Source: an uncultured delta proteobacterium
GTDB taxonomy: Bacteria; Myxococcota_A; Polyangia; Fen-1088
DNA: 64,000 nucleotides
Direction: 5' to 3'
NCBI GenBank assembly: GCA_963737265.1
Contig: CAVTRY010000016.1
Coordinates: forward strand, 224,001 to 288,000
Part shown: one piece after another, positions 10,177 through 19,113 of the stretch
Numbering within the stretch: the first letter of the stretch is position 1
Layout: every line of letters starts with the position of its first letter
Position numbers and translations under genes: made by a program
The notes under the pieces: model-generated
Told to the model about the DNA's origin: nothing
The model's database searches: none
Seen by the model: the letters and a program-made list of their open reading frames with translations, nothing else

Positions 10177-11018
10177 CAGCGCCTCACCCTTTGCAGGAGA
10201 ACGTGCGGACAAAGAATCCGCACGGACACGGCCATGAGGTAGTCGAGCAGCAACCCGAACACGAGAATGGCGATGAGCACGGCATAGACCTCGGCCAGGT
10301 GAAAATGTTTGTTCTGGTTGAGAATGAGCGCTCCCACACCACCCTCGGCGCGCGAGATGCCCTCGACCATGGTAATCATGGCCCAGCCCATGGCCAGGTT
10401 CTGGCGTAGGGTATCGAGAGCCTTGTCCAAGGTGCCGCGCACCACGACTTCCCAGAAGATGCGTCCCTCGCCCGCGCCGAGCACGCGCATGTAGTCGTAC
10501 TGCTCGCGCGGGATCTCCAGCACCGCTTGCGCCATGGCGGTGACGAAAAAGGTCGACATGCCGAAGGTGAGCAGCCAGACCTTGAGGGTATAGCCGCCGC
10601 CCGTGAGCAGGGTGAACGGGAACACCAGACCGGTCAGCCCTAAGAAACGCAGCTTGCTGATGGCGTCGACCAAAGGCCTGAAAAAGGCGATGATGCTGGC
10701 GTAGGACAGTGCCATGGAAATGGCCACGGTCAGCAGGGTGGCGTGGCAGATGAGCTTGAGGGTGGAAAACAGTTCCGGCCCCATGCCTTGCTGCCACCAC
10801 AAAGTCCCGAAGGCGCGCAGCACTTCGCCCGGCCCGGGCAGGCTCGCCCACGGTGAAGCCGACCAGACGGTGAGCGCGATCGCCACCCAAAAAGCGGTGA
10901 CCATGAGCAAAAAGGGCCCGCCCAGCACCTGGTCGGGCAGAAACGCCCGCCGTACTAGGCCGAGACGAGTGCCCGCAGAGCGTGCTTCTTTCGCAGGCCG
11001 GGACGTTGTTGGCGCCAT
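10176..11018 (-). CDS. ABC transporter permease (NitT/TauT type)
   Basis: Multiple TM segments; EAA-like loop DYMRVLGA; AEGGVGALI motif. Confidence 0.85.
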   Translation of the reverse strand: MAPTTSRPAKEARSAGTRLGLVRRAFLPDQVLGGPFLLMVTAFWVAIALTVWSASPWASLPGPGEVLRAFGTLWWQQGMGPELFSTLKLICHATLLTVAISMALSYASIIAFFRPLVDAISKLRFLGLTGLVFPFTLLTGGGYTLKVWLLTFGMSTFFVTAMAQAVLEIPREQYDYMRVLGAGEGRIFWEVVVRGTLDKALDTLRQNLAMGWAMITMVEGISRAEGGVGALILNQNKHFHLAEVYAVLIAILVFGLLLDYLMAVSVRILCPHVLLQRVRR

Positions 11019-11035
11019 GGGGAAGATCGATTGCG

Positions 11036-12805
11036 CTACTGAGACAGGCCGAGGACGATCTCGACCCGGCGATTCTTGGCGCGGCCTTCGGCGCTGTCGT
11101 TGGCTTCCAGCGGCTCGGCCGATCCGTGGGCGAAGACCTTCACGCGGCCTTCGGGGAAGTTGGCCGACGACTGCTCTTCCAGCCATTTCTTGACGGCAAA
11201 GGCGCGCGACTCGGACAGATTCTGGTTCTTTTCGACCGAGCCGACGTTGTCGGTGTGACCGTGCACTTCGACGACGGTGCCGCTGGCCACGACCAGATCT
11301 TTGAACATGGCGCGCAGCTGGGTCTGGGCTGCCGGCAAGAACTTGTTGCTGCCCGAGGCAAACTTGATGTCCCACGCGCGGCGGCTGACCACCTGCTTGA
11401 CCCGCTCCCCGGTGAAGGTGGCCAGATCCGCCTGCGCGGCGGTCGCCTTCTGCGCGCCACCGGCCAGCTCTTTCACGAAGCTGGTGTCCAGGATATCCCC
11501 GACCGGGTAATACGCAGGCATGAGCTTGGGATACTGGGACTTCACGATCTCGGCGAACACCGTGTACGTGGCGGCGAAGATGTTCGTCGAGCCAGGCACC
11601 ATGCCGAAGAGCTGCTGATTGTCGGCCAGGTTATTCACCGCCGAGCCACCCAGTTCGACCTGCTGACCTTTCTTGTCGGCCTGGTTGACCACGCGGAAAT
11701 ACTTGTACCAGTAGGCGCCGTCCTTCTCGTTGTAGACCAGGGCCGACAGCGCGGCTGCGCGGCGCAAGGCATCTTCGTCCTTCTTGAGCACGTCGCCGGC
11801 GTCGAAGGTGGCCTCGAGCATGCCGGTGACCAACTTGCGATTGGCGGCCATCCACTTCTTGCTGCCGATGATCACGTTGGGCATCTGCGAGCGGTATTCC
11901 TTTGTCGACACGATGGAAACCAAGCCGCCCTTCTTTTCGGCCACAGTCACGTCGCCCGGGGTCCAGGTCACCACCGCATTCACGCAGTGCTTTTCCTTCT
12001 TGCCCGTCTTCACGTTCTTGAGCTCGGTGCAAAAGTCGCTGACATATTTCTGGGCGGCGTCGATGTAGTCGGAGGCATTGACCCAGTTGAGCGCGTCGGG
12101 ATCGTAGGTCGTCTCGTCGGGGTTGTTGGCAATGCCATTGTCGCCCAGCCACTTGAGGGCGATGTTCCAGTCGCCGTCGCGAAGCACGCCGGCCACCAGG
12201 CCCCCACGCGCGGCCTGCGGGTTCTGCTTCCAGGCCGCGGGGCCCATGAATTTGTCCTCGCCGCGGCTATAGCCGGCCGAACCGACCACCTGAGCCACGT
12301 AGTCCGGCCCGAGCTTGCGTAGCCTGTCGTTCAGCCCCTTGAGAAAGGGCGCCGAGCCGTCGCCCATGATGGCCACGAAGTGCGCGCCTTGCGCCGGGTT
12401 GGCTTCGCCCTTTTTCAGGCCCTCCGCAAAGGCGGCCATCAGGCTCGCCATCTGATCGGTGTTGTCCTCGCGGATGAGTTTCAAATTGACGCCGTTCTTG
12501 CACATCAAGCTGCCTTCGGCGGCTTGCTTGCCACCGGTGGCATAGATGAGCCCCATCTGTGCGTTCCACGCCCAATGGTAGAAGCGCACCTCGGGCTTGT
12601 CGGCGCAGCCGGGCGCAGCAGCCACCGGGACCGCCAGCGCTGGATCCGAAGGCAACTCCGCCTTGGGTGGCACCGCCGATCTCTGGTGCTCGGCTTCGGG
12701 CGCCAGCTGGGAGAGCTTGTCGCGGTTCTTGTAGACAGCAGCGCCGACCGCGCCAAGGACCAGCAAGGTGACGAGTGTCTTCGAGAGCGGTGTCAATTTG
12801 GCCAC
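11036..12805 (-). CDS. Membrane-anchored solute-binding protein (NMT1/SsuA-like) fused to an OmpA-like domain
   Basis: N-terminal TM segment; SRGEDK and VTWTP SBP-like motifs; C-terminal HGHTDNVG, LSESRA, KNRRVEI; GTG start with GGAGA RBS. Confidence 0.85.
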   Translation of the reverse strand: MAKLTPLSKTLVTLLVLGAVGAAVYKNRDKLSQLAPEAEHQRSAVPPKAELPSDPALAVPVAAAPGCADKPEVRFYHWAWNAQMGLIYATGGKQAAEGSLMCKNGVNLKLIREDNTDQMASLMAAFAEGLKKGEANPAQGAHFVAIMGDGSAPFLKGLNDRLRKLGPDYVAQVVGSAGYSRGEDKFMGPAAWKQNPQAARGGLVAGVLRDGDWNIALKWLGDNGIANNPDETTYDPDALNWVNASDYIDAAQKYVSDFCTELKNVKTGKKEKHCVNAVVTWTPGDVTVAEKKGGLVSIVSTKEYRSQMPNVIIGSKKWMAANRKLVTGMLEATFDAGDVLKKDEDALRRAAALSALVYNEKDGAYWYKYFRVVNQADKKGQQVELGGSAVNNLADNQQLFGMVPGSTNIFAATYTVFAEIVKSQYPKLMPAYYPVGDILDTSFVKELAGGAQKATAAQADLATFTGERVKQVVSRRAWDIKFASGSNKFLPAAQTQLRAMFKDLVVASGTVVEVHGHTDNVGSVEKNQNLSESRAFAVKKWLEEQSSANFPEGRVKVFAHGSAEPLEANDSAEGRAKNRRVEIVLGLSQ

Positions 12806-12938
12806 GATGAGTCTTCTCCAAAGTTTCGGTTGTTGACGACGAGTGGCTGTAGCGTCCACTCAAACCCAAGTCGCGTCAAGGTCAGAGCGGACCATGCTAA
12901 CATGTTCGCCAAAGGACTGACGCGCCAAGAACCGGGTC

Positions 12939-13763
12939 ATGACAGAACCATCGAAAGAAAAGGACAGCCCCTTCCGGCGCGCCTTTCTTAATCAGTACAA
13001 CGGCATCCTGATGGGTGCCGCTGGCCTGTTCGCGTTGGCCACGTTTTCCTGGCTACCGCTGGCGGTGGGGGTGGGCCTCGAGGTCTTGTGGATGACCTTC
13101 GTGCCCGACAGCAGCTTTTTCAAGCGCTGGGTTGGCTTGCAGCAGTCGCGCGAAGGCCAAGAACGCATCAAGCGCGAGACCGAGGCAATCCTCCAACACC
13201 TCGATCCGAGCTACGCCCAGCGCTTCGTCGAGCTACAGCAGGTGGCCGACGAGGTGCTGACCCTGTCCAAGGAGAACCAGTCCTTGGAGACGCGGCTGGT
13301 GGAGGACGAGCTGCAGAAGATTGGCCAGGTCCTGTTTTCGTTCCTGCGCATGGCGCGCGCCCACCAGCGCCTGGCCCATTTTCTCGGCGAAAATCCAGTC
13401 GGCGAGATCAAGTCCGATCAAGCCGAGTGCACTTCCGACCTGCGCCGCGAGCAGGATCCACGCGTGCAGGCCAGTCTCAAACAGGCACTTTCGCTGGCGG
13501 AAAAGCGCCTGCGCCAGCACGAGCAGATCGCCAACTCGGCGCGAGCTCTCGCGGTCCAGATGGAAACCTTGGAGAAGGCGCTGGGTTACCTCAAGTCGCA
13601 CATCGTGGCCATCGGTAGCCACGAAGAGTTGGCCAGCGAACTCGATGGCCTGGTCATGGGTGTCGATTCGGTCGAGCGGATGGAGGCCGAGACCGGCGAC
13701 GCCCTGGCCGAGCTGCACCACTTGGCCGACTACCGCGAGAAGCGGGTGGCGACCAAAGGCTAG
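12939..13763 (+). CDS. Hypothetical membrane protein with a long coiled coil
   Basis: Two N-terminal TM segments followed by a heptad-rich helical region. Confidence 0.7.
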   Translation: MTEPSKEKDSPFRRAFLNQYNGILMGAAGLFALATFSWLPLAVGVGLEVLWMTFVPDSSFFKRWVGLQQSREGQERIKRETEAILQHLDPSYAQRFVELQQVADEVLTLSKENQSLETRLVEDELQKIGQVLFSFLRMARAHQRLAHFLGENPVGEIKSDQAECTSDLRREQDPRVQASLKQALSLAEKRLRQHEQIANSARALAVQMETLEKALGYLKSHIVAIGSHEELASELDGLVMGVDSVERMEAETGDALAELHHLADYREKRVATKG

Positions 13764-13780
13764 CAACACGGAAAGGAACC

Positions 13781-14065
13781 ATGACCACGATCCTTGCGAC
13801 GATCATCCCTGCTGCGGTTGTGCTGATCACCCTCTTCGGCCTCCTGGCCCGTGGCAACCCCAGGCCCGGGGGCGTGGCGCTGTTCTGGCGCGTGGGTTTG
13901 GTCGGCCTTGGCCTTGGCTTTGCCGTTTGGTATTTGACCTCGAAAAGCGGACTTCTGCCCGCCGTGCCGGAAGCCGTTCACCACGCCGACACGGGATTGC
14001 TCGTGGGCGCGTCCGCCATCGTCGTCATCGCGGCCCTGGGCTCTGCGCTCAAGCGCCAACGCTGA
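13781..14065 (+). CDS. Small membrane protein (3 TM)
   Basis: AAGGA RBS; three hydrophobic segments. Confidence 0.65.
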   Translation: MTTILATIIPAAVVLITLFGLLARGNPRPGGVALFWRVGLVGLGLGFAVWYLTSKSGLLPAVPEAVHHADTGLLVGASAIVVIAALGSALKRQR

Positions 14066-14104
14066 CCGTGCGCTTCCTGGCGGGCGAGAATTGCCACAAA
14101 AAAA

Positions 14105-14449
14105 CTAGCCCGGCGGCCAGGCGAGCAGTCGGCCTGCCAGCACATGCAGGTGAACGTGGGCCACGCTCTGGCCAGCGTCGGGACCGGCGTTCATCACCAC
14201 GCGGAAGCCGCTGTCGGCGAAGCCGGCCTCGCGGGCCAGCTTGGTCGCGACCACCATCAGTCTTCCAAGCAAGGCGGCGTCCTCGGGCTTGGCCTCGATC
14301 AGGCTGGCGAGGTGGCAAATCGGGATCACGAGTTGATGAAACGGCGCCTTGGGGCCGATGTCCTTGAAAGCAAGCACGTCATCGTCGCGATAGGTGATGG
14401 CGGCGGGAATTATTCCCTCGCAGATCTTGCAGAACAGGCAGTCAGTCAT
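14105..14449 (-). CDS. hinT: HIT family nucleotide-binding protein
   Basis: DCLFCKI, AFKDI.P.AP.H, GQSVAHVHLHVL, WPPG. Confidence 0.9.
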   Translation of the reverse strand: MTDCLFCKICEGIIPAAITYRDDDVLAFKDIGPKAPFHQLVIPICHLASLIEAKPEDAALLGRLMVVATKLAREAGFADSGFRVVMNAGPDAGQSVAHVHLHVLAGRLLAWPPG

Positions 14450-14479
14450 GGTCACCTCCTTGGTCAGCTCCTTGTTTTT

Positions 14480-15838
14480 TCACAGCAATGCAAGCAAGCG
14501 CTTCCGCGTTTCTTCCGACGACGACCTCTCATGCGTTCCCTGGCGCAGGAATGCTGCAATTGCATCGATCTTGGCGATGGCCCGATCGGTGCGCGGGTCG
14601 GCGCCGGCTTGGTAAGCGCCGAGCAGAATCAAATCGCGCTTTTGCTCATAGCTGGCCAAAAGCTCGCGCACCTCGGCCGCCGCTTGGCGGTGCTCCTGGT
14701 CCACGACGAAGGGCATGACTCGCGAAAGCGAGGGCAACACGTCGATGGCGGGCCAGTGATTGCGGTCGGCGAGCACGCGCGACAGCACGATGTGTCCATC
14801 GAGAATCCCACGCGTCTCATCGGCGATCGGTTCTTCCATGTCGCCACCCGCGACCAGCACGGTGTAAAGGGCCGTGATCGACCCACGGCGCGCATTGCCG
14901 GTGCGTTCGAGCAGGCGCGGCAGCAGGGCAAACACGCTCGGCGGGTAGCCGTGGCGCGCTGGCGGCTCGCCCGCGGCCAGACCGACTTCGCGCTGGGCGC
15001 GGGCGAAGCGAGTCAGTGAATCCATCATCAGCAACACGCGCTGGCCTCGATCGCGGAACCATTCCGCGATGGCGGTCGCCACGAAGGCCGACTTCAGGCG
15101 GACCAAGCTCGGCGCATCGCTGGTCGCGCACACCACCACCGAACGAGCGCGGCCCTCGGGCCCCAGCGCATCCTCAAGAAATTCGGACACTTCACGCCCG
15201 CGCTCGCCGACCAAACAAATGACATTCACGTCCGCTTCGGTGTTGCGCGCGATCTGACCGAGCAAGGTGGACTTGCCCACACCCGATCCCGAAAACAGGC
15301 CCACGCGCTGGCCTTCGCCCACGGTAAGAAAGGCGTCGATGGCTCGCACGCCGAGCGCCAGCGGGCGCCGAATGCGCTGGCGCTCCAGCGGATCGGGGGC
15401 CGACCTGTCAACCGGCCAGTCTTGGGTGAAGCCGCGGATCGGGCCAGCGCCATCCACGGGTTCGCCGAGGCCGTTTAGCACGCGACCCCGCAGTCCTTCG
15501 CCGATCGGAATGACCAGGGATCTGCCCGTGGGACTCACCACCGCATCGGGACCGATGCCCGCCACCTCGCCAAGCGGCACGAGCACCACCTCGTCGCCAC
15601 GAAAGCCGACCACCTCGGCTTGCATGCGAACCGTCGGCCTTTTCGCGGAGTCGCCGGGCAAGGCATCGACATCAAGGTAGACCAGCTCTCCCACGCGGAC
15701 GCCGGGTACCCGGGCACGCACGACCAACCCAGTTACTTCGGTCACGCGACCCGCGACGCGCAGTGGGTTCACGCGGTCGAGCGCACTCAGCGCTTCGGAA
15801 ATCTCGACCAGCCTCGGTTCGCCATCGCTTTCAGACAC
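14480..15838 (-). CDS. sctN: FliI/YscN (SctN) type III secretion ATPase
   Basis: GQRVGLFSGSGVGKST, LVGERGREV, LMMDSLTRFARA, GYPPSVF, GILDGHIVL; start codon approximate. Confidence 0.9.
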   Translation of the reverse strand: MSESDGEPRLVEISEALSALDRVNPLRVAGRVTEVTGLVVRARVPGVRVGELVYLDVDALPGDSAKRPTVRMQAEVVGFRGDEVVLVPLGEVAGIGPDAVVSPTGRSLVIPIGEGLRGRVLNGLGEPVDGAGPIRGFTQDWPVDRSAPDPLERQRIRRPLALGVRAIDAFLTVGEGQRVGLFSGSGVGKSTLLGQIARNTEADVNVICLVGERGREVSEFLEDALGPEGRARSVVVCATSDAPSLVRLKSAFVATAIAEWFRDRGQRVLLMMDSLTRFARAQREVGLAAGEPPARHGYPPSVFALLPRLLERTGNARRGSITALYTVLVAGGDMEEPIADETRGILDGHIVLSRVLADRNHWPAIDVLPSLSRVMPFVVDQEHRQAAAEVRELLASYEQKRDLILLGAYQAGADPRTDRAIAKIDAIAAFLRQGTHERSSSEETRKRLLALL

Positions 15839-16361
15839 CGCGTTCACCTTTGGTTTGCGGCCAAACACCCCGCAATGCACGTTCCAAGGCATCGAGCTGC
15901 GTCTCTAGGCGCGCGTCGAGTCGCCCGACCGGCGTCTCGACCACACAGCCATGCCGGCCAACGGTTGTATCGGCAACCACGCGAACGTCCGCAGCGGCCG
16001 CAACCTTCGTCAACCAGTTTGGCCGCGCAAGCTCCACCGCCGCGCGGTCGTCGGGGTGAACGCGCAGCACGACCTGCCCGCCTTGCGCTCGGCTCGCCGC
16101 CAGGGCCTGCGCCGCGATTTCACCCATGACCGAAGGCGCAAGCTCCACCGCGCGACCCACGATCTTTTCGGCCATCTTGCGCGCCAACACCAGCGCCGCA
16201 TCCGTGGCCGCCGCTCGCTCCGCCTGCGCGGCCGCACGCGCCGCAACCAACAACTCGGTCACCTCGGCGCAGGCAGTCTCGCGGCTAGCCGTGGCCGCTT
16301 GGGTGGCCGGCACGGGTTGCGAACGATGCGCTAGCTCGGCTGCTTTCACGATGCGGCCCAT
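15831..16361 (-). CDS. sctL: FliH/SctL stator protein
   Basis: LRVHPDD and GCVVETPVGRLDA motifs; directly upstream of sctN. Confidence 0.8.
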   Translation of the reverse strand: MGRIVKAAELAHRSQPVPATQAATASRETACAEVTELLVAARAAAQAERAAATDAALVLARKMAEKIVGRAVELAPSVMGEIAAQALAASRAQGGQVVLRVHPDDRAAVELARPNWLTKVAAAADVRVVADTTVGRHGCVVETPVGRLDARLETQLDALERALRGVWPQTKGERGV

Positions 16362-16365
16362 GATC

Positions 16366-16398
16366 GGGTTTTTACCATCCGAGCATGGATCTTCCTAA
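16366..16398. repeat. 33-bp imperfect direct repeat, copy 1 (duplicate of the 3' end of the 17212-18088 gene)
   Basis: GGGTTTTTACCATCCGAGCATGGATCTTCCTAA versus 17206-17238; 4 mismatches. Confidence 0.8.
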
Positions 16399-16519
16399 CC
16401 AAGCCAAACGCAACCTGCGCGGGCAGCAGGCCCGAGTTCAATCTTCATGCCGCGACCAAGGGCGCTGTCAAGGACGAGCAGGGCCGGCTCGCCTTGTGCA
16501 AATACATCCTGTGCCCCCA

Positions 16520-16859
16520 GCAATTACGCGACCGGCGTCCTTCGTTTCGCCATCAGCATAAACGGCCCCAGCCCAACCTACGAGCAAACCATCGACGGTC
16601 AGGCCGCACTCCCGACGGGGACTTGGGAGCACGTCGCTGTGGTTCTCGGTTCCAGCGGCGGCATTATGTATCTTAACGGCGTTCAAGTAGGCGCCAAATC
16701 CACGCTGACCCTTCGTCCGGCCGACCTCGGCAATCTTCAAAACTACTATATTGGGCGGTCGCAGTTCGCGGTGGATCCATATCTGGACGGTGACATCGAC
16801 GAATTCCGCGTCTACGACCGTGCGCTCGCCCCCAGCGAAATTCAGACCTTGGCGAACGG
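16520..16859 (+). pseudogene. LamG/concanavalin-like domain fragment
   Basis: W.HVAVV, MYLNGVQV, YIGRSQF.DPYLDGDIDEFRVYDRAL...EI; no N-terminus. Confidence 0.7.
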
Positions 16860-17025
16860 TGAAGAACTGTCCAAAAATTGGACAGTTCTTCAGCAGCCGA
16901 GCCAAGGGCTCGGCCGCAGGTGGGGTGAAGTCCGCGAATTTACTTCGCGGACGAGGGGAGGGCAGCGGCCTGGGCAGCGGCCCTCCTTTCAAAAATCTTC
17001 AAGACGGGTCCATTTATGGACACGT
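16860..17025 (+). mobile_element. Dispersed hairpin mini-element, copy A (long form)
   Basis: Near-identical to 36684-36837 (reverse), 58804-58901 and 63765-63860; four palindromes; followed by CTTGAG. Confidence 0.85.
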
Positions 17026-17205
17026 CTTGAGTGACCTGTCGCTGGCCGGGACCCCTCTCGCTCGCGTCTGCCACGCATGGTAAGGCCGGCACCGAAGAGG
17101 ACGATGGTGGCGGGCCGCGCATTGTTTCGAAGAATGCCGCGATTGCGCTCGGCCAGCGCGCGGCGTTCGGCCTCGGCCATCCGTCTGGCACCGACGTCGC
17201 ACCGT

Positions 17206-17238
17206 GGGTTCTTACCATCCAAGCATGGGTCTTCCCAA
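17206..17238. repeat. 33-bp imperfect direct repeat, copy 2
   Basis: GGGTTCTTACCATCCAAGCATGGGTCTTCCCAA. Confidence 0.8.
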
Positions 17239-18088
17239 GGAAGCTGGCAGGCGCCCCGCGACTCTGAAAAGCGAGCCTGGGCTTTCCGCGGCGAGCTCGG
17301 ACTTGAGTGCGACCAAGCCGATGTGGAGCAATCGATCGCCGACCGTGCGTGCGGAAGGCGGAATCGTGGTGTTGGCATGGTCCGCGGCGGCCGAGCGATC
17401 TGCGCTGGACAAGGTTTCGAGAGACGCCTGCCCGATCGCGCGCGCCCACGGTTCGCCGGCCGATGCCATGGCCCGCGCGCGCAGGCCGGGAGCCGCGCCC
17501 GCGAGGGACTGGCCCACGGTTCGCGCACCATGGCGGGTGGCCTCCGCCAGCAACTCCTCGAATTGCAGATGGCAAAGCCTCCGCGCCACGGATTCCGCAA
17601 GCGCTCTCGCACAAGGGCTCAAGCCAACCGAAGGCCAAGCGCTCGATGTCGCGGTGAATTCCCGCTGACAGGCGCACCGGCGCGTCCATCGTCAGGCCGA
17701 CATCCGCGTCGAGCAACCCCTCGACAACTGCCCGCACAGAAACTGCCCCCGCAGCCTGCGGCAATCCGCTCCACAACGTGCGTAACAGGTACGCCGGCTC
17801 GCCCGCCAGTGCCTCGTGGATCCAGCTCGGATGCAATCGTTCAAGTCCCATGGGCAGCCCGCTCGCCGCCTCCCGCAGCCACTCGGCCCGAATCTGCGCC
17901 TGTGCTTCCACGCCCACGGCGCGCAGCGCCCGCCACGCCTTGGAACACGACTGGCGGCGATTTTCGTCCAGCGCGTCGAGGCTCGCTTCCTCGGCGCCCG
18001 TGGCGAGCATGAAGAGCAGAATGCCGCGCTCTTCGCGGCCAGTTTCTGCCAGGGTCGAAGCTCCCCTGGATGTCACGCCGTTCGCCAC
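17212..18088 (-). CDS. Probable T3SS sorting-platform component (SctK-like by position); frameshift near 17600
   Basis: Two overlapping ORFs join into one helical protein (..LEPLCESA / AESVARRL..); LERLHPSWI motif; lies upstream of sctL-sctN. Confidence 0.5.
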
Positions 18089-18215
18089 GCCCGCAGCCTA
18101 GCAGCCCGTGACGAAAGTCTCCACGCCGCCGCTCGGGCGTTTCGGGCGTGTCAGAGCCCCGCGCGCGACGAAAGCGACGCGAGGGCGACAGGAATGTCGT
18201 GTTTCGACTCCCCGC

Positions 18216-18398
18216 TTAAACTAGTCGACGTGCGCCGTCGCTATCCGACTGCTCGACCTGGGCAACCTCGAGGTAGCGAATGCGAAAGGCGTCGCCGCCG
18301 TAAGCGGTAAGGCCCCAATCCATCGCGTCTTCAAGGTCGGCGAAGAGCGCCGCCGGAGTATTTTGCCCGTCGGGAATGATTGCGAAGCAATGGATCAT
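18216..18398 (-). CDS. Small hypothetical protein
   Basis: GGGGAGG RBS; 60 aa with globular composition. Confidence 0.6.
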   Translation of the reverse strand: MIHCFAIIPDGQNTPAALFADLEDAMDWGLTAYGGDAFRIRYLEVAQVEQSDSDGARRLV

Positions 18399-18575
18399 GG
18401 CCGACCTCCCCTTGAACCTCTAGTGGCGCCCTGATGAGTTTCCAGCATGGCTGGCGAAAACCGGACAGAGCCGACGAAAAGCTGACGGGCGGTGGTTGAA
18501 AATTCCTGCACGAGCGTCTCCTTGAAGAGGGTACACCCTGGGCGAAGCAAGCCGCGGACCAAGATCGCGCGGCGA

Positions 18576-19113
18576 TTATTGCCTCTTCTTTTCGGTCGCG
18601 CTCGGCGATCGCTTGAAGCCTAGCAGTCCCGGCGCGTCCTCAACGCGATAGAGCCTGACGCTAACCTTGTCGTTGCGATCCGCATAGAGACGCGTGTGAT
18701 GCGGTAAATAGCCATCCGCCCTGATCTCAAGATCGATCGGACCGCCGCCCCGCGGCCGCGTCAGCTCGGCATCCATATTGCCGGGCGAAAATTTGGCGAC
18801 TTGCTTCTGCCCCCACATCGCGACCGCTTTCACCGGCGGCGACACGCTCAGACGCAGGGTCACGTTTTCCGAGAACGGATTGGCCTCGCGCTCTTCGGTC
18901 TTCAGCTCTTCGGTTTTAGGCTCTTCGTGGTCGTCCTTGGCGACGTCTTTGACCGGCTCGAACGACCACCGGAGTCGGCTCGGCTGGCAACGCGCTTGGC
19001 TTGCTCGATTGCGATGTTGGCACCTCGCGGTTTTGCGGCGCGACCTTGTCGCCCGCGCTCGAACAGCTGCACAGGAGGACCAGCGCGATCGAAGATCGGC
19101 GACGCGCGCTCAC
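18576..19113 (-). CDS. Probable lipoprotein co-transcribed with the L,D-transpeptidase; frameshift near 18960
   Basis: GTGA overlap; signal ..LVLLCSC; continues in another frame as EPVKDVAKDD..TLRLSVSPPVKA..DGYLPHHTRL. Confidence 0.55.

Noticed and set aside
9367-12322. Long alternative-frame and antisense ORFs (e.g. 10982-12322 and the extension to 10890)
   Set aside because: Shadow ORFs typical of high-GC DNA that overlap well-supported genes
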